The notes below the pieces were generated by a model, which saw only the letters and a program-made list of their open reading frames with translations, searched no databases and was not told where the DNA came from. Source: a virus. From it: a stretch of 64,000 nucleotides of DNA. The stretch covers positions 2,447 through 66,446 of the IMG/VR virus record IMGVR_UViG_3300017832_000040. One strand, written 5' to 3'. Numbering within the stretch: position 1 is the stretch's first letter; each line of letters begins with the position of its first letter. Shown here piece by piece: positions 37,911 to 48,250 of this stretch. Both the position numbers and the translations under genes were made by a program.

Positions 37911-38959
37911 TAGGCCACCTTCACGCTGAGTTTCAGAGCATTGACTTCAGCTTTCTCCCAAGGCAACCCGGTGGCCGGATTGGCCTCGTAGAGTGTTGAA
38001 GTCATTGCATAGGAGGTGCCCAGACTGAATGCACTCGCCTCAGTCGTATCCTCGCCCGAGACGATCCCGACCTTGACCGCCCGATTACCGCTGTCGTCTT
38101 TACGCGCCACAACGAAGGGCTGGACAGCCAGGACACGCATGTTCTCGTCTGGAAGGTTATCAAGCTCGAAGACGGCCTGGGCGTCCGGGGTGTCCGACGA
38201 GATGTAGGTGTCGTCACCATCGGGCACTTCGTCATCGATCATGGCATAGCCGTCCGAACCCTCGGAGGGCGTCCAATCCATGGTATCGTCATCAGCGGTC
38301 GGCAGAAGCGTGTAGACCTCGACATCCCCGAGGAAGTCATTGTTCGTGACGCCGGCAGTATCCCAGAGCACGAAATTGTCGATCATGATGGTGCCGGACG
38401 CACTGGTACTCCCCTGACGGCCTATACGTATCTGATCGACAAGGCTGTCCGAGAGGCCCTGAGTATCGACCCCTGTTGCAGTTCCGACCACATTTCCGTT
38501 GATGCGGAGCTCGACGCTGCCAGAGATACCGATCACCACTTTTCCTTCGACATGCACCCATTCATTGAGCGGCAATGCCGGGGTGATGAAGTGGGATTTA
38601 GAGTTTGAGGTTGCTCCCGAGTAATAGCAAGCGATGCACCCGTCGGAGGTGATGCGAAAATGAAATTGATAAGAGCCGTTGAACAGAAATTCGATCAGCC
38701 CCCTGCGTTGATCCGCGCCCGGTCTTTCCACCAATTTTAGATGACACGCAAAACCAACAGTGCCCGCCGTGCCAGGCAAAAGGATACCGAGACCGTTGTG
38801 TATGGCGTCATGGTGGGCAAATTTGATCGACTTACCCCGGTTGAAAGGCGTGTCTGACTCCAGGGTAGCACCCATCGCGGTCAGGACTGTGGTCCAGAAC
38901 TTCTTGGCATCGTCCTCGGTCGCGTATTGATCGAACCCGTCACAGAACTGAATGGCCAT
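37910..38959 (-). CDS. tail/adsorption protein (LamG-like)
   Basis: DGFD...WVHVE...VELRING...IDN..LWD...DFLGD. Confidence 0.7.
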   Translation of the reverse strand: MAIQFCDGFDQYATEDDAKKFWTTVLTAMGATLESDTPFNRGKSIKFAHHDAIHNGLGILLPGTAGTVGFACHLKLVERPGADQRRGLIEFLFNGSYQFHFRITSDGCIACYYSGATSNSKSHFITPALPLNEWVHVEGKVVIGISGSVELRINGNVVGTATGVDTQGLSDSLVDQIRIGRQGSTSASGTIMIDNFVLWDTAGVTNNDFLGDVEVYTLLPTADDDTMDWTPSEGSDGYAMIDDEVPDGDDTYISSDTPDAQAVFELDNLPDENMRVLAVQPFVVARKDDSGNRAVKVGIVSGEDTTEASAFSLGTSYAMTSTLYEANPATGLPWEKAEVNALKLSVKVA

Positions 38960-38961
38960 GG

Positions 38962-41244
38962 TTAACGGCTCCCCGCAAATGTAATGCCGATGTCGGCAAT
39001 CCCGTTGGTTGCTACCGGAGAAACGATGTCGAGCCTGTCTCCCGGAGCTAGCTCGATTTCATCAGCGGCAGTGAAGACCCCTTCCTGCGTCTCTGCCGGA
39101 AACTCGATTGTTCCGACAGAAAATCCGTTCTTCTTAACCGTGAACACCACCGAGCCGGACGGCGGCAGTTGTGCGTAGGCGTAGCTTCCCAAGAAGCCGG
39201 CCGGGATCGTGATCTCTCGCACAGAAATGAAGCGCGCCACGATTTCATCGGACTCCGGCTCACCTGGTATGAAGACGGAGATGTCGACGTCAACAGGCCC
39301 AAATCCTCCCACCTGTGCGCCAGGCCGCCAAAGCCCTGAGACCGCGTCATAGATGAGCGCCTGACCGTGCTGTGGGGCTTCGCTCACCACATCGACGTCT
39401 TCGAGGTCATCGAGCGCTCCAACCACCGTCCCAGCGCCTTCTGCGAACTCAAGGCCGTTCTCATTGTCATTGACGACGAGAACCTTGCCCTTCTGACCGG
39501 AGTAAGAGCTGGGGACATCCGAGAGGTCAGTGAAATTGCTTGCACCGCCACCACCAGAACTTGCCTCGGCATATTCGAGGCCGTTCTCGGTGACCTTGAC
39601 CCGCAGGAACTTGCCGCCTTGTCCGGTGAAGGAATTGGGCGTGTCATCAAGCTCGGTGAACTTCTTCGCCCCGGTTTCGTTGGGGTTGACAAAGATCAGC
39701 GCGTTCTCTGCCTGATTGACCGCCAGCAACCGGCCGGCCTGGTTCGCCAGCGAGTTTGGGAAATTAATTGCATCGCGCAGATCGAGATTGACGTATTCGA
39801 CCCCGTCCTCGCCCTCCTTTACCCGAACGAACTTCTTGCCATGGCCTTCATAGCTCGTGGGCGTGTCGGGCAGATCCTCGAAGGATGCCTCCTCCGTGAC
39901 CGTCAGGTACATGCGGACGGCATCCCAGCCAAAACCTGTGTTTTCTGCCCCGCCTTCGCTGATGAGGCTGATCCGCAGCTTGCGGGTGCCCACGGGCAAG
40001 GTCATCGAGACGCTGGTCTCATCCCATGAGCCAAGCTCCGTGCTGAGCGGGTCGCTCTCGACGTCCCCGATCTCGATGTCGAGACTGTCGATCGCCTCCA
40101 GCTTTATCTTGCCGGTGCTGCCTTCAAGTAGGGTGGTGAAAGCAATGCCCACTTGGACGCGAGCGGAGTTGTCGAGCTCCGTGGCGGATGCCACCAGCGT
40201 GAGGTCGATTTCCTGATAGATGCTGCCTTGGACGCTCTCCTCTTCGTCGATGAGAGCGTAGAAGAACGATCCAGCGAAGGCTTCTGAGATTTCACCGTAG
40301 GCAGCGTTGATCGTGTGGTTTTCGCTGCCCAGCTCATCCATCTGCCAGTCGGTGAGGGTCGAGGCTGCCTCGAAGTCGGGGTTAAGCAATTCCTCGACCG
40401 ACCGGGTCACCACACGACCAATGGTCGGAGGCGGAATGAACTCGATGCCTGTCCCTTGCTGATTGACGGCGAGGAGCATTCCCGCGCTGTTATTGTAGCT
40501 GGACGGCGTGTCGGAAAGACCCGTGAACTGAATGATGGGCTGAACAAATTCGAGGCCGTCCTCCTCGTCGTTGACGGCGACGTACCTCCCCGCCATGCCC
40601 GTGTAGTCGTTGGGAACGTCGTTGAGCATCTTGAACTCGGTCTCGCCACCGGGATTTGCCGGCACGAACTCGACGCCCGAGCCATCCGCTTTGATGCGGA
40701 GGTAATAGCCGTTGACGAGCGGGTCCACGTCCACCAGGGCCGAGAAGCTGATAGTCGTGAATGTCAGCTTTGACTCATCCTGAGCGACAACCGCAAATTT
40801 CCCTGCGTTCCCCTCAAGGCCATCGGCGTCCACCAGCGCCTCGAATGTCGGGGTCAGCGCAGCGGCAGCGGAGTCCGCAATCTTGACGATCCCGTTTTCG
40901 CCATCGGCGTACATGACGACAAAGGAGCCGGGATGCACCTCGACCGTGCTGACCGGTGTCTCTGTCGTGACCGTAATCTTTTCGGTCCCGAGGTTTTCAA
41001 CGCCGAAAAAGCGCACCTGGTTAGGGATCACCACGCTTCGCTCGACGCTATTCCCGGAGCATCTAAAAAGCAGGTTGCGCTGAAAATCGGTCGGGACCAG
41101 GACCGCGTTGCCCTCACTCAGATCAACCGCGAGCGCCTTGTTCAGCGATCGCTCAATGATCGAGAACGCGTCGTTGATCGTGGTCTCTTTGTTGTTCTGG
41201 TTCGGCGCGACCTGCGGAATGCCGAGAATGGGACTGTTGACCAT
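38962..41244 (-). CDS. tail fibre protein with F-x2-L-x-D-x-P-x2-Y-x-G repeats
   Basis: DUF2793-like N-terminus (NQNNKETTINDA); several internal repeats and one NPDFE domain. Confidence 0.75.
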   Translation of the reverse strand: MVNSPILGIPQVAPNQNNKETTINDAFSIIERSLNKALAVDLSEGNAVLVPTDFQRNLLFRCSGNSVERSVVIPNQVRFFGVENLGTEKITVTTETPVSTVEVHPGSFVVMYADGENGIVKIADSAAAALTPTFEALVDADGLEGNAGKFAVVAQDESKLTFTTISFSALVDVDPLVNGYYLRIKADGSGVEFVPANPGGETEFKMLNDVPNDYTGMAGRYVAVNDEEDGLEFVQPIIQFTGLSDTPSSYNNSAGMLLAVNQQGTGIEFIPPPTIGRVVTRSVEELLNPDFEAASTLTDWQMDELGSENHTINAAYGEISEAFAGSFFYALIDEEESVQGSIYQEIDLTLVASATELDNSARVQVGIAFTTLLEGSTGKIKLEAIDSLDIEIGDVESDPLSTELGSWDETSVSMTLPVGTRKLRISLISEGGAENTGFGWDAVRMYLTVTEEASFEDLPDTPTSYEGHGKKFVRVKEGEDGVEYVNLDLRDAINFPNSLANQAGRLLAVNQAENALIFVNPNETGAKKFTELDDTPNSFTGQGGKFLRVKVTENGLEYAEASSGGGGASNFTDLSDVPSSYSGQKGKVLVVNDNENGLEFAEGAGTVVGALDDLEDVDVVSEAPQHGQALIYDAVSGLWRPGAQVGGFGPVDVDISVFIPGEPESDEIVARFISVREITIPAGFLGSYAYAQLPPSGSVVFTVKKNGFSVGTIEFPAETQEGVFTAADEIELAPGDRLDIVSPVATNGIADIGITFAGSR

Positions 41245-41254
41245 CTGATCCCAC

Positions 41255-44200
41255 CTATGACTTGTAACTCGGGTTCGACGGATACAGCTTCACGATGCGG
41301 GGAAAGCCTGGCCCCACGTCCGCTGACACCTGGCAGATGGCGACCCAGAACGGTGCCTGCCCGTCGATCCCGTCCTCCGATTTCATCGTGGATGTGTAGG
41401 TGAAGCTGTTGGTGCTCACCTCTTCCATCCGCACGTACGCGTCCTCGTCGGTGTCGGGATCGAAATTGAGCGGAATTTCCTCGTCGGAAATATACACGCG
41501 ATAGCGTTCTTGTTCTTCGTTGAGAGGAACAGTTCCTGTACCATCACGCATTCCGCCGTTGAAACGCGTACACCGCTGCCAGGTAATTTTACTGCTGTCG
41601 CCGGTATCCTCGCGGCGAACGTCATTCGGAGGAGCCGGCCGAAGTGGATTGGCTTTGAACGTGAACTCCGTGACCGGAGCAAACGAGCTCAGAATGCCGG
41701 CGCTCGAAATTCTCGCGACGACCTTTTGATTGAGCGAGCTCGGAGCAAGCCCGACGAGCCGCACGCCCTCATTGTTCATGAGAACGAAGCGCTCGCCTTC
41801 CTGATGCTGATAAGCCCAGCGGTCGGTGCCCCGGTGCCCCCGGATCAAATGCGAGATGATAACCGTCCCGTCCTCTTGCAATTCGACATCGCGGAACAGG
41901 ATCAGCTCATTTCCGATGAGCACCATGTTTTGATAGCTGGGCCACTCATCGGGCGGGACGCTCTGCCATTCGTAAACGTAGGCCCCATGGTAGTCGAACA
42001 TGGGGATCAATTTGATTTTGGTCTCGTCGTCTGTTGCGAAAGGACCATTCGGGGGCGGCGGAACAATCCCGGAAACATAACCCCAGACGGCCTCCATATT
42101 GGTGGCATCGAGCGTTTCCATTTCTCCGCTGCCCTGCGCAACACGCAGGAAGCCGGCCATGAAACCAGGCTTGCGCGAGCCGGCGCCCCAGTAGATGGGG
42201 AAGTCGCCCGTCACCTCGTCGCGATCACCGTCCACGACAAACGCCGTGTCGAGCATGAGCGCATCGACAACGGAAGTCCGAGGTCTCGGGACGTAAATAG
42301 CCCCGCCTGACGGAGATCCACTGCTCACCGGATCATAGGGAGAGTGGATGCCGATCTCGTCGAGCTCCGGGTACTCGGGATGCTGATAGGGCGGAATTTC
42401 CTCCCCGGTCATCGGATTGATGATCTTGCCCGTGTCAGGGTCGATAATGCCTCCTGTCGGCAAGTCGATTTGCCAGCCGGTCAGCGGATCATAGGCCGGA
42501 ACATTCGACCAGGACGGAGGATCGAACCACGTGTAGGTCGGCGTGATCTGGGCAATACCGGTGGCCTCGATCGAGTAATCGCCCCCGATGTTCAGTTCGA
42601 TCATGCGATCCACGAACGTCAGGCCATCGTTCATCTTGAAGACCATGACGTCGGTCGGATCGTAGATCAGGTAACTCCACGGCAGCCGGAACTCATGGTT
42701 TATGCGCTCGACCCACGAGGCCATCGTGATCTGCTCGGCCATCTGCTTGGCGCGATCCGGCCCCATGGCAATCGGGACGTTGACGTCGAGAACGTCCTTC
42801 GACTGCATCACGCTCATCGGGGAGTTCGGCCGGCGATAATGCTGGGAACCGGTCTGGTAATCGTCCTCCGCATTGATGAAGGACACCACCGTCGTCTGCG
42901 GGAGGTCGATCTCCTGCATCCGGCTCTCTTTGTAGGTGACGTCCTGATCGTTGTATTCGATGCGGACCAGATTTTTCTCGGGAATGGTGATGATGGAGTT
43001 CTGGCCTCGGCTGACGAACTTCAGCTTGTCGTCGCTCTCCGCACAGTCGAAGAAAAACACCTGAGCCAGGTTTTCAATTATCGAGCGGCCGGTGTCCGGG
43101 TTTTCGACGATGTACCCGTGCAGGAACTCGTCTTTGAGCTTCGACGTGTCAATACGGACCGGATCGATCCCGCAGCGTATGCAGACGTCGCGGCAGATGT
43201 CCGCGACGTTCACCTGGTTCTGTTTGAACTTGTTGATCCAGATGGTCCACCAGGTCGTGAGTTTCTGTCCCTGATATTCCCCGGTGCCCCACGCAATGAT
43301 CGCACCCTGAGTTTCGAGGTAGAACTGAGGGCCGTCGATTGTGGGCATTTTGTTCGGGAGGACCGTCACCTCGAATTGCTTGGTCTGCATGTTGATGGTG
43401 ACCAGCCGGCGATCGTTGGTGATGAATGACCAAAGGCTTCCCGCGACGACCGGGACAGGACGGTAGTGCGCGAACGGCTTCCAGCTCAGTGTCGAGGCAT
43501 TCAGATTGCCAAGCGGCAGCTCCCAAAGCGTCTTGCCTTTCTCGCTGACCGCCTGGACGTACCAGTGATACTTGGCCTGATAGTAGACCGAGTAGAGAAC
43601 CATGTAATAGCCGAGGCTGGAGAACCAGATCGGCGGCTCCGGCTTGATGTACTCGACGTGTTGAACTCCGGGATCGGGGGCCGTCCACCACTGCTTCAGT
43701 TCGATGGGGTCGTAATAGGAGTCCGGATTGATGTATGGCCCTCTGCCATCGAAGTAGAAAATCGTTTTGGGGCCGACCAGAAAAACGGGCGCTCCATCAC
43801 CTGGCGCAGCCTGGCAAATATGTTCGGGCCGGTAGAACCAGCCGTAATTCGCGACGTTGGTTCCTCCGACAGGACCGTTCAGCATTCCCGCTGCAGTGTG
43901 ATCCCAGATCCCGATGTCGCCAAATATCGTGATGAACCGGGTGTAGTAGAGCGGTCCCAGTGGGGTCGGCACAGCGATGGGTACGGCCTGGATTGCGTGA
44001 GGCACCGTCACCGTCTTGTACTTTTCGCTCCACCGGAAGCTAGTGCTGTTTCCTTTGGGAACGCCTGCCTGTGCGAGCTTCTCGCCATTGTTGCGATTAA
44101 TCAGAGCGACCGGCTTGTGGTTCGAGGGATCTCCTTCTCGGGCGAATAGGTCACCACTGCCGGCAATACCAATGACGTCCCAGTTGCCGGTGTCGAGTTG

Positions 44201-45079
44201 CCGGATTTCTTTGCCCTCGACGATGTCCCAGATCCGAATTTTGTTTCCACCGTCGGTTGCTCCGTAGACGATCTGTATCAGCTCGTTTTGCAGCGGATCG
44301 ATTTCAGCCCTCATGCTGTAAGTGTTATCGTTGAACAGGCGCTTCTCGGGAGGCAGACGCTCCCACGGCCTCGCCATGACCGCGCGCTCGCGGCGTGCAA
44401 CGACCTCAGCAGTGATCGTCGGAATGCGGTTACCGAAGTCGAGGAGAGGAAATTCCTCGAAGATGATGTAGCAGAGGCCCCGGTGAGCCGGCGTGTTCTC
44501 GCGGCCCATGTAGCGGACCATGAGCGGGTCCTGTCCCTGCGTCTCCGTCCCGCCGTAGAAGCGGAAATTCCAGCGGCCGGCGTCGGCGTTGTCGCCCTTC
44601 TTGTTGGCTCCCTTCCCGCCGCCACCGTCATCGGGCTGAGAGAAACCAGGCTGCTTCGCCTCGCCTGGGTTATAGCGGTCGTAAATGAGGTTTGAGTCCG
44701 CCCAAATGCGGATGACATCATCCATGACCCCTTCGCAGAGGCCCATGGCGAAATTGGCGTAGTATTCGTAGATTTCCTCGGCCTTGCCCTTGTCGACCTT
44801 TTTCGAGGGTTTACTTTTGCCCTTTTTGCCGACGATCCGCTTCTTCTCGATGAGGTCGGTTGCCCAGAACATGTTTCCGGTGCACCGCATCGAGCCCCAG
44901 ACGATCGGGATGCCGCGACCATAAGCCGAGCTCGAAACCTTCAGGTCCTGCAGCTTCTGGGCGTTCTTCTGCTTTTTCTCGCTGAAGGCGAAGTTGAGGG
45001 CCATGCCGGCCGCCATGAGGCCGACCTTCGGGAGAAGGCCCCCAAGTCCACCAGCACCGAAGAGGACACCGAGCTGCAT
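41255..45079 (-). CDS. central tail-tip/host-specificity protein (GTA-like, Phage-tail_3)
   Basis: YGRGIPIVWG, RIWAD, PAHRGLCYIIFE, GNRIP, LIRGHRGT. Confidence 0.85.
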   Translation of the reverse strand: MQLGVLFGAGGLGGLLPKVGLMAAGMALNFAFSEKKQKNAQKLQDLKVSSSAYGRGIPIVWGSMRCTGNMFWATDLIEKKRIVGKKGKSKPSKKVDKGKAEEIYEYYANFAMGLCEGVMDDVIRIWADSNLIYDRYNPGEAKQPGFSQPDDGGGGKGANKKGDNADAGRWNFRFYGGTETQGQDPLMVRYMGRENTPAHRGLCYIIFEEFPLLDFGNRIPTITAEVVARRERAVMARPWERLPPEKRLFNDNTYSMRAEIDPLQNELIQIVYGATDGGNKIRIWDIVEGKEIRQLDTGNWDVIGIAGSGDLFAREGDPSNHKPVALINRNNGEKLAQAGVPKGNSTSFRWSEKYKTVTVPHAIQAVPIAVPTPLGPLYYTRFITIFGDIGIWDHTAAGMLNGPVGGTNVANYGWFYRPEHICQAAPGDGAPVFLVGPKTIFYFDGRGPYINPDSYYDPIELKQWWTAPDPGVQHVEYIKPEPPIWFSSLGYYMVLYSVYYQAKYHWYVQAVSEKGKTLWELPLGNLNASTLSWKPFAHYRPVPVVAGSLWSFITNDRRLVTINMQTKQFEVTVLPNKMPTIDGPQFYLETQGAIIAWGTGEYQGQKLTTWWTIWINKFKQNQVNVADICRDVCIRCGIDPVRIDTSKLKDEFLHGYIVENPDTGRSIIENLAQVFFFDCAESDDKLKFVSRGQNSIITIPEKNLVRIEYNDQDVTYKESRMQEIDLPQTTVVSFINAEDDYQTGSQHYRRPNSPMSVMQSKDVLDVNVPIAMGPDRAKQMAEQITMASWVERINHEFRLPWSYLIYDPTDVMVFKMNDGLTFVDRMIELNIGGDYSIEATGIAQITPTYTWFDPPSWSNVPAYDPLTGWQIDLPTGGIIDPDTGKIINPMTGEEIPPYQHPEYPELDEIGIHSPYDPVSSGSPSGGAIYVPRPRTSVVDALMLDTAFVVDGDRDEVTGDFPIYWGAGSRKPGFMAGFLRVAQGSGEMETLDATNMEAVWGYVSGIVPPPPNGPFATDDETKIKLIPMFDYHGAYVYEWQSVPPDEWPSYQNMVLIGNELILFRDVELQEDGTVIISHLIRGHRGTDRWAYQHQEGERFVLMNNEGVRLVGLAPSSLNQKVVARISSAGILSSFAPVTEFTFKANPLRPAPPNDVRREDTGDSSKITWQRCTRFNGGMRDGTGTVPLNEEQERYRVYISDEEIPLNFDPDTDEDAYVRMEEVSTNSFTYTSTMKSEDGIDGQAPFWVAICQVSADVGPGFPRIVKLYPSNPSYKS

Positions 45080-45498
45080 TAGCGTATCCCCCTAAATTCG
45101 CGGACGTCGATGATGTCCTTCCACATGGGCGTGAGCGGTTCCTCGACGACGCGGCGCTGTTTCAGCGCGGCGTGCACGATGTAGGGCCGGGCGTCGATGA
45201 AGGTCGCTATCCCGCAGTGGCAGGGATAGAAGACTTGCTTGAGAAGGATGATGGAGCCGGGCCTGATCCTTTCCCGATTGCCAGGCGCGCTCTGCTTGCG
45301 GATGTGCTCCAGAAAGACCTTGGAGTCCGGGGTGCGCTTGTATCCGGTCAGATCCTCGATTTCCAATCCGAGATCCCGGCCAACACACACGAGAAGGCCG
45401 ACGCAATCCAGCCCAGAGCGGGAGCGCCCGCAATGCGCCCACCGTGTGCCCACGTAGCTTCGCGCGAATTTTACGACGTCGGACCGTGTGTAATTCAT
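45079..45498 (-). CDS. NlpC/P60 tail-associated peptidase
   Basis: GLDCVGL...HCGI...VHA. Confidence 0.9.
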   Translation of the reverse strand: MNYTRSDVVKFARSYVGTRWAHCGRSRSGLDCVGLLVCVGRDLGLEIEDLTGYKRTPDSKVFLEHIRKQSAPGNRERIRPGSIILLKQVFYPCHCGIATFIDARPYIVHAALKQRRVVEEPLTPMWKDIIDVREFRGIR

Positions 45499-47642
45499 CG
45501 CGACGGGTTCCCAACCTGGAAGTATTGATCGGTGCCCGGAAGGTCCGGCTCGCCCCGGAAATTGATGATGTTTTTGAACTTGTCCCGGCAGGAGGCGCGG
45601 CTCTTGTCGCAGCCGGTGGTCATGATGACTTTGTCACCAACCTTCGGCCAATTTGCCGGGGGAATGAAAAGCTCAACCTGGCGGCTCGATCGTGTCCAGC
45701 GGACGATCTCGCACTTGTAGCCAGCCGCATCACCGTCGAGAAATTCGAGAATGCCCCAATTAAACCAGCCGTCTGGCTTGTCGATGCCGGTGACCGAGAA
45801 TTTGCCCCGGCTTTCCATGTCGTCGATGGTGCCTAAGAACGTATGTTGCGGCACGACCGCCTTCCACACGACGCTGCCATCGACGGTGGTACTCCCGATC
45901 GTCTTGTTGAAGGTCGGGGGAGTTTCGTCCGAAATGCCGTCATTCTGCGCCTCGTACTCGATCCCCGAGATGAGATGCACCGAGCTGTTATCGCGGTTGA
46001 GGCGGATGTAGGCTTCGATGTCGTCGATGCCGATCGTGGGCGCTGTGCTGCGGTTTGAGTCCTCACCCAAGTCGGGGTTACCAAATTCAATTCTGATCCT
46101 GATGGAGCGTGCGCCAACAGGGACCGGGATAGTCCTCGTGCGCTGCTGCCATTCGTATCTTGGGTGCGTGGCCGCGTGGACCGGATCGACCCTCTGTATG
46201 ACCTGATTGCTGGCGTTGTAGAATATAACCCCCACGCCAATTGTTCCGAGGTCATCCCAATTGGCCTGCCACCAGAACAGGTCGAGCATGCACTCGCCGT
46301 AGTCGATGTCGACGGGCTTTATCTCACCGTCAATAAGCGAGATCCGCTCGGCGCTTTCGACGTTGGCTGTATGTCCCGACCCAATTGCCCACGTCCACAT
46401 CAGAAAGTGGCCGTCATTCCGGGCGAACAACTGATACCGCTGCGGAACGGACACTAGATCGTTCTGGAATATTTGAGCGTTCCAGCCTTCGACCCGGTCG
46501 CCTGCGGACTCCGTGAGGTTGCCGTTGGTCAGCGCCTCCGTGGCAATAGTCGCGTCTTTCGGCTGGATATTCAGCGACATCATCGCAAAAGCGATGCCGT
46601 CGTTCTGGCGGAACAGCTCCTCGGGGCCGTCGAACTTGGTGTTTTTCTTGCGGAATTGCACTACGCACTCGATCGACCTGGTGCCGGGGAGGATGTCGAA
46701 GGTGATGCTTTCCAGAACGTCGAAAGTCCTGTTGCCCGGCCGGTAATACGAAGAGGCGGTCCCGATTTCGTTGCCCTGCTCATCCTTCATGATGCAGTGG
46801 AGGCGGGACTCCTGCCGGTCGTTGTAGGCTTGCCGGCGAATGGAGAAGGTCGCTTTCGCACCTTCCACCTCGGGAAGGCCGAAGATGTCCTCGATGACGA
46901 CTTCCTGCTTGAAGTAACCCTCCCACGTGACCGCGACGAAGCAATTCCCCTCGACGTCTTTGTGCGGAATGTTCTGGATGATGACGCCGTTAGCATCCCA
47001 GCCGGACTGTGCAATTGATTGCACGCCCTCGAAGCCGCCATTGACGACCGGCAGCCTTGAAATTTTGTCCCGGCCGGCATCTTCGCGGACCCGAATGCGA
47101 GTCCCCTTCTTGTATTGCTGTCCGGACACCCGGAAGGGAGGAATGAGCTGGACCCCGCACTGCGGGCTCCCGAGGTCCGTCCGGCACTCGGGCGTGTAGG
47201 TCTGGCCGATCGTGTGCTCCAGGTGATTGATGAGCCCCCGGAGCTCGACCTCGAAACGCCCGGTGGAGGTGATGGTGACCTCCCCGAAGCGCCCATAGCG
47301 GAGCGGAACCTTCCCCATGCTGGGGTTCGCCCAGTTGATGAGAAAAACCCAAACTTCGGCGTAGTCGAACTTGCCGGCGCGCAGATCCTGTTCCGTGATG
47401 AGCTCGCTGTCGAGGAAGCCTTGGGCCTGCAGCTCATCCGTGCTCACCGCAGCGGTGTTGCTGATAGCGGACCGGATGAAGCCGCTCTGGGCTATGTAAA
47501 TCTCGTTATCGAAGACGATATCCTGATCGTGGTCCGTGAAGCACAGCACGACCCCGTCCTGGCGCTCGATGCGCCAGCAGGTGCAGAGGGTCGTAACCTC
47601 CTCCTGCAGGTGTGCAATTAATTGCGCATTGATGGTCTTCAT
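45495..47642 (-). CDS. DUF2163/TIGR02218 baseplate hub with inserted CBM-like domains
   Basis: CWRIERQDG...FTDHD, CRTDLG...C, GCDK...C..KF.NIINFRGEP. Confidence 0.88.
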   Translation of the reverse strand: MKTINAQLIAHLQEEVTTLCTCWRIERQDGVVLCFTDHDQDIVFDNEIYIAQSGFIRSAISNTAAVSTDELQAQGFLDSELITEQDLRAGKFDYAEVWVFLINWANPSMGKVPLRYGRFGEVTITSTGRFEVELRGLINHLEHTIGQTYTPECRTDLGSPQCGVQLIPPFRVSGQQYKKGTRIRVREDAGRDKISRLPVVNGGFEGVQSIAQSGWDANGVIIQNIPHKDVEGNCFVAVTWEGYFKQEVVIEDIFGLPEVEGAKATFSIRRQAYNDRQESRLHCIMKDEQGNEIGTASSYYRPGNRTFDVLESITFDILPGTRSIECVVQFRKKNTKFDGPEELFRQNDGIAFAMMSLNIQPKDATIATEALTNGNLTESAGDRVEGWNAQIFQNDLVSVPQRYQLFARNDGHFLMWTWAIGSGHTANVESAERISLIDGEIKPVDIDYGECMLDLFWWQANWDDLGTIGVGVIFYNASNQVIQRVDPVHAATHPRYEWQQRTRTIPVPVGARSIRIRIEFGNPDLGEDSNRSTAPTIGIDDIEAYIRLNRDNSSVHLISGIEYEAQNDGISDETPPTFNKTIGSTTVDGSVVWKAVVPQHTFLGTIDDMESRGKFSVTGIDKPDGWFNWGILEFLDGDAAGYKCEIVRWTRSSRQVELFIPPANWPKVGDKVIMTTGCDKSRASCRDKFKNIINFRGEPDLPGTDQYFQVGNPSR

Positions 47643-48250
47643 TCGCGCACCTCGACGAGCGGGATCTGACCCCACGCGAGCACATTGTACTCTTCGAGGG
47701 ACGACGCGAGAAAATCCGTATCGAACCGGACCGGGACGTAGAACTCGCAGGCGGCCGAAACCGTCGCGCCCTGGGTATTCACGAGCTGAGGCTGGACGGT
47801 GATCTTGCCGGTGAGAACGTTGACCGTGAATTGCGTCTGGGGAGTAAGCTCGACCTCGTTAATCCAGACCCTGGTCGTGTTGGGGACGATCTTCGTCAGT
47901 GGACGGTCGTAGATCGACGTGCCCGACTGATACCGCTTGTAAATCTGAAAGATGTTCGTGTTGAGGTCCGTGATGTAGATCGGCTGCCGTTCAAGCACGT
48001 AATCCTGCCAGTCCTTGAACAGGAAGCCGTAAGCGCGCCCGTGGCGGGCATAGAAAAATCGGCGGACCTCGTCGAACTCCTCCTTCGTCTTGAGGCCGTA
48101 AGCCACGTCGTATTCGGCACGAGCCATCTTCCAGTCGATGTTACGCTTCTCGTGCCCCGAGGCGAGCGGGAGGATGGTGGTTTTGAACCTTGGCCCTCCC
48201 ACTGCCCCGTATGAGATCCGAGGTGGAAACACCACGTTGTGGATCGCCAT
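47639..48250 (-). CDS. DUF2460/TIGR02217 distal tail protein
   Basis: ISYGAVGGPRF.T, FFYARHGRAYGF.FKD, FYVPVRFDTD. Confidence 0.92.
   Translation of the reverse strand: MAIHNVVFPPRISYGAVGGPRFKTTILPLASGHEKRNIDWKMARAEYDVAYGLKTKEEFDEVRRFFYARHGRAYGFLFKDWQDYVLERQPIYITDLNTNIFQIYKRYQSGTSIYDRPLTKIVPNTTRVWINEVELTPQTQFTVNVLTGKITVQPQLVNTQGATVSAACEFYVPVRFDTDFLASSLEEYNVLAWGQIPLVEVRE

Noticed and set aside
39531..39544. TGAAATTGCTTGCA as a palindrome copy
   Set aside because: Three mismatches from consensus; could be chance.
32395..45079. Diversity-generating retroelement or invertible tail-fibre cassette
   Set aside because: No reverse transcriptase, invertase or TR/VR pair recognised.
47639..48250. 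Gene transfer agent cluster
   Set aside because: The GTA-like tail genes sit in a full phage with its own replication, recombination and lysis genes and a long tape measure.
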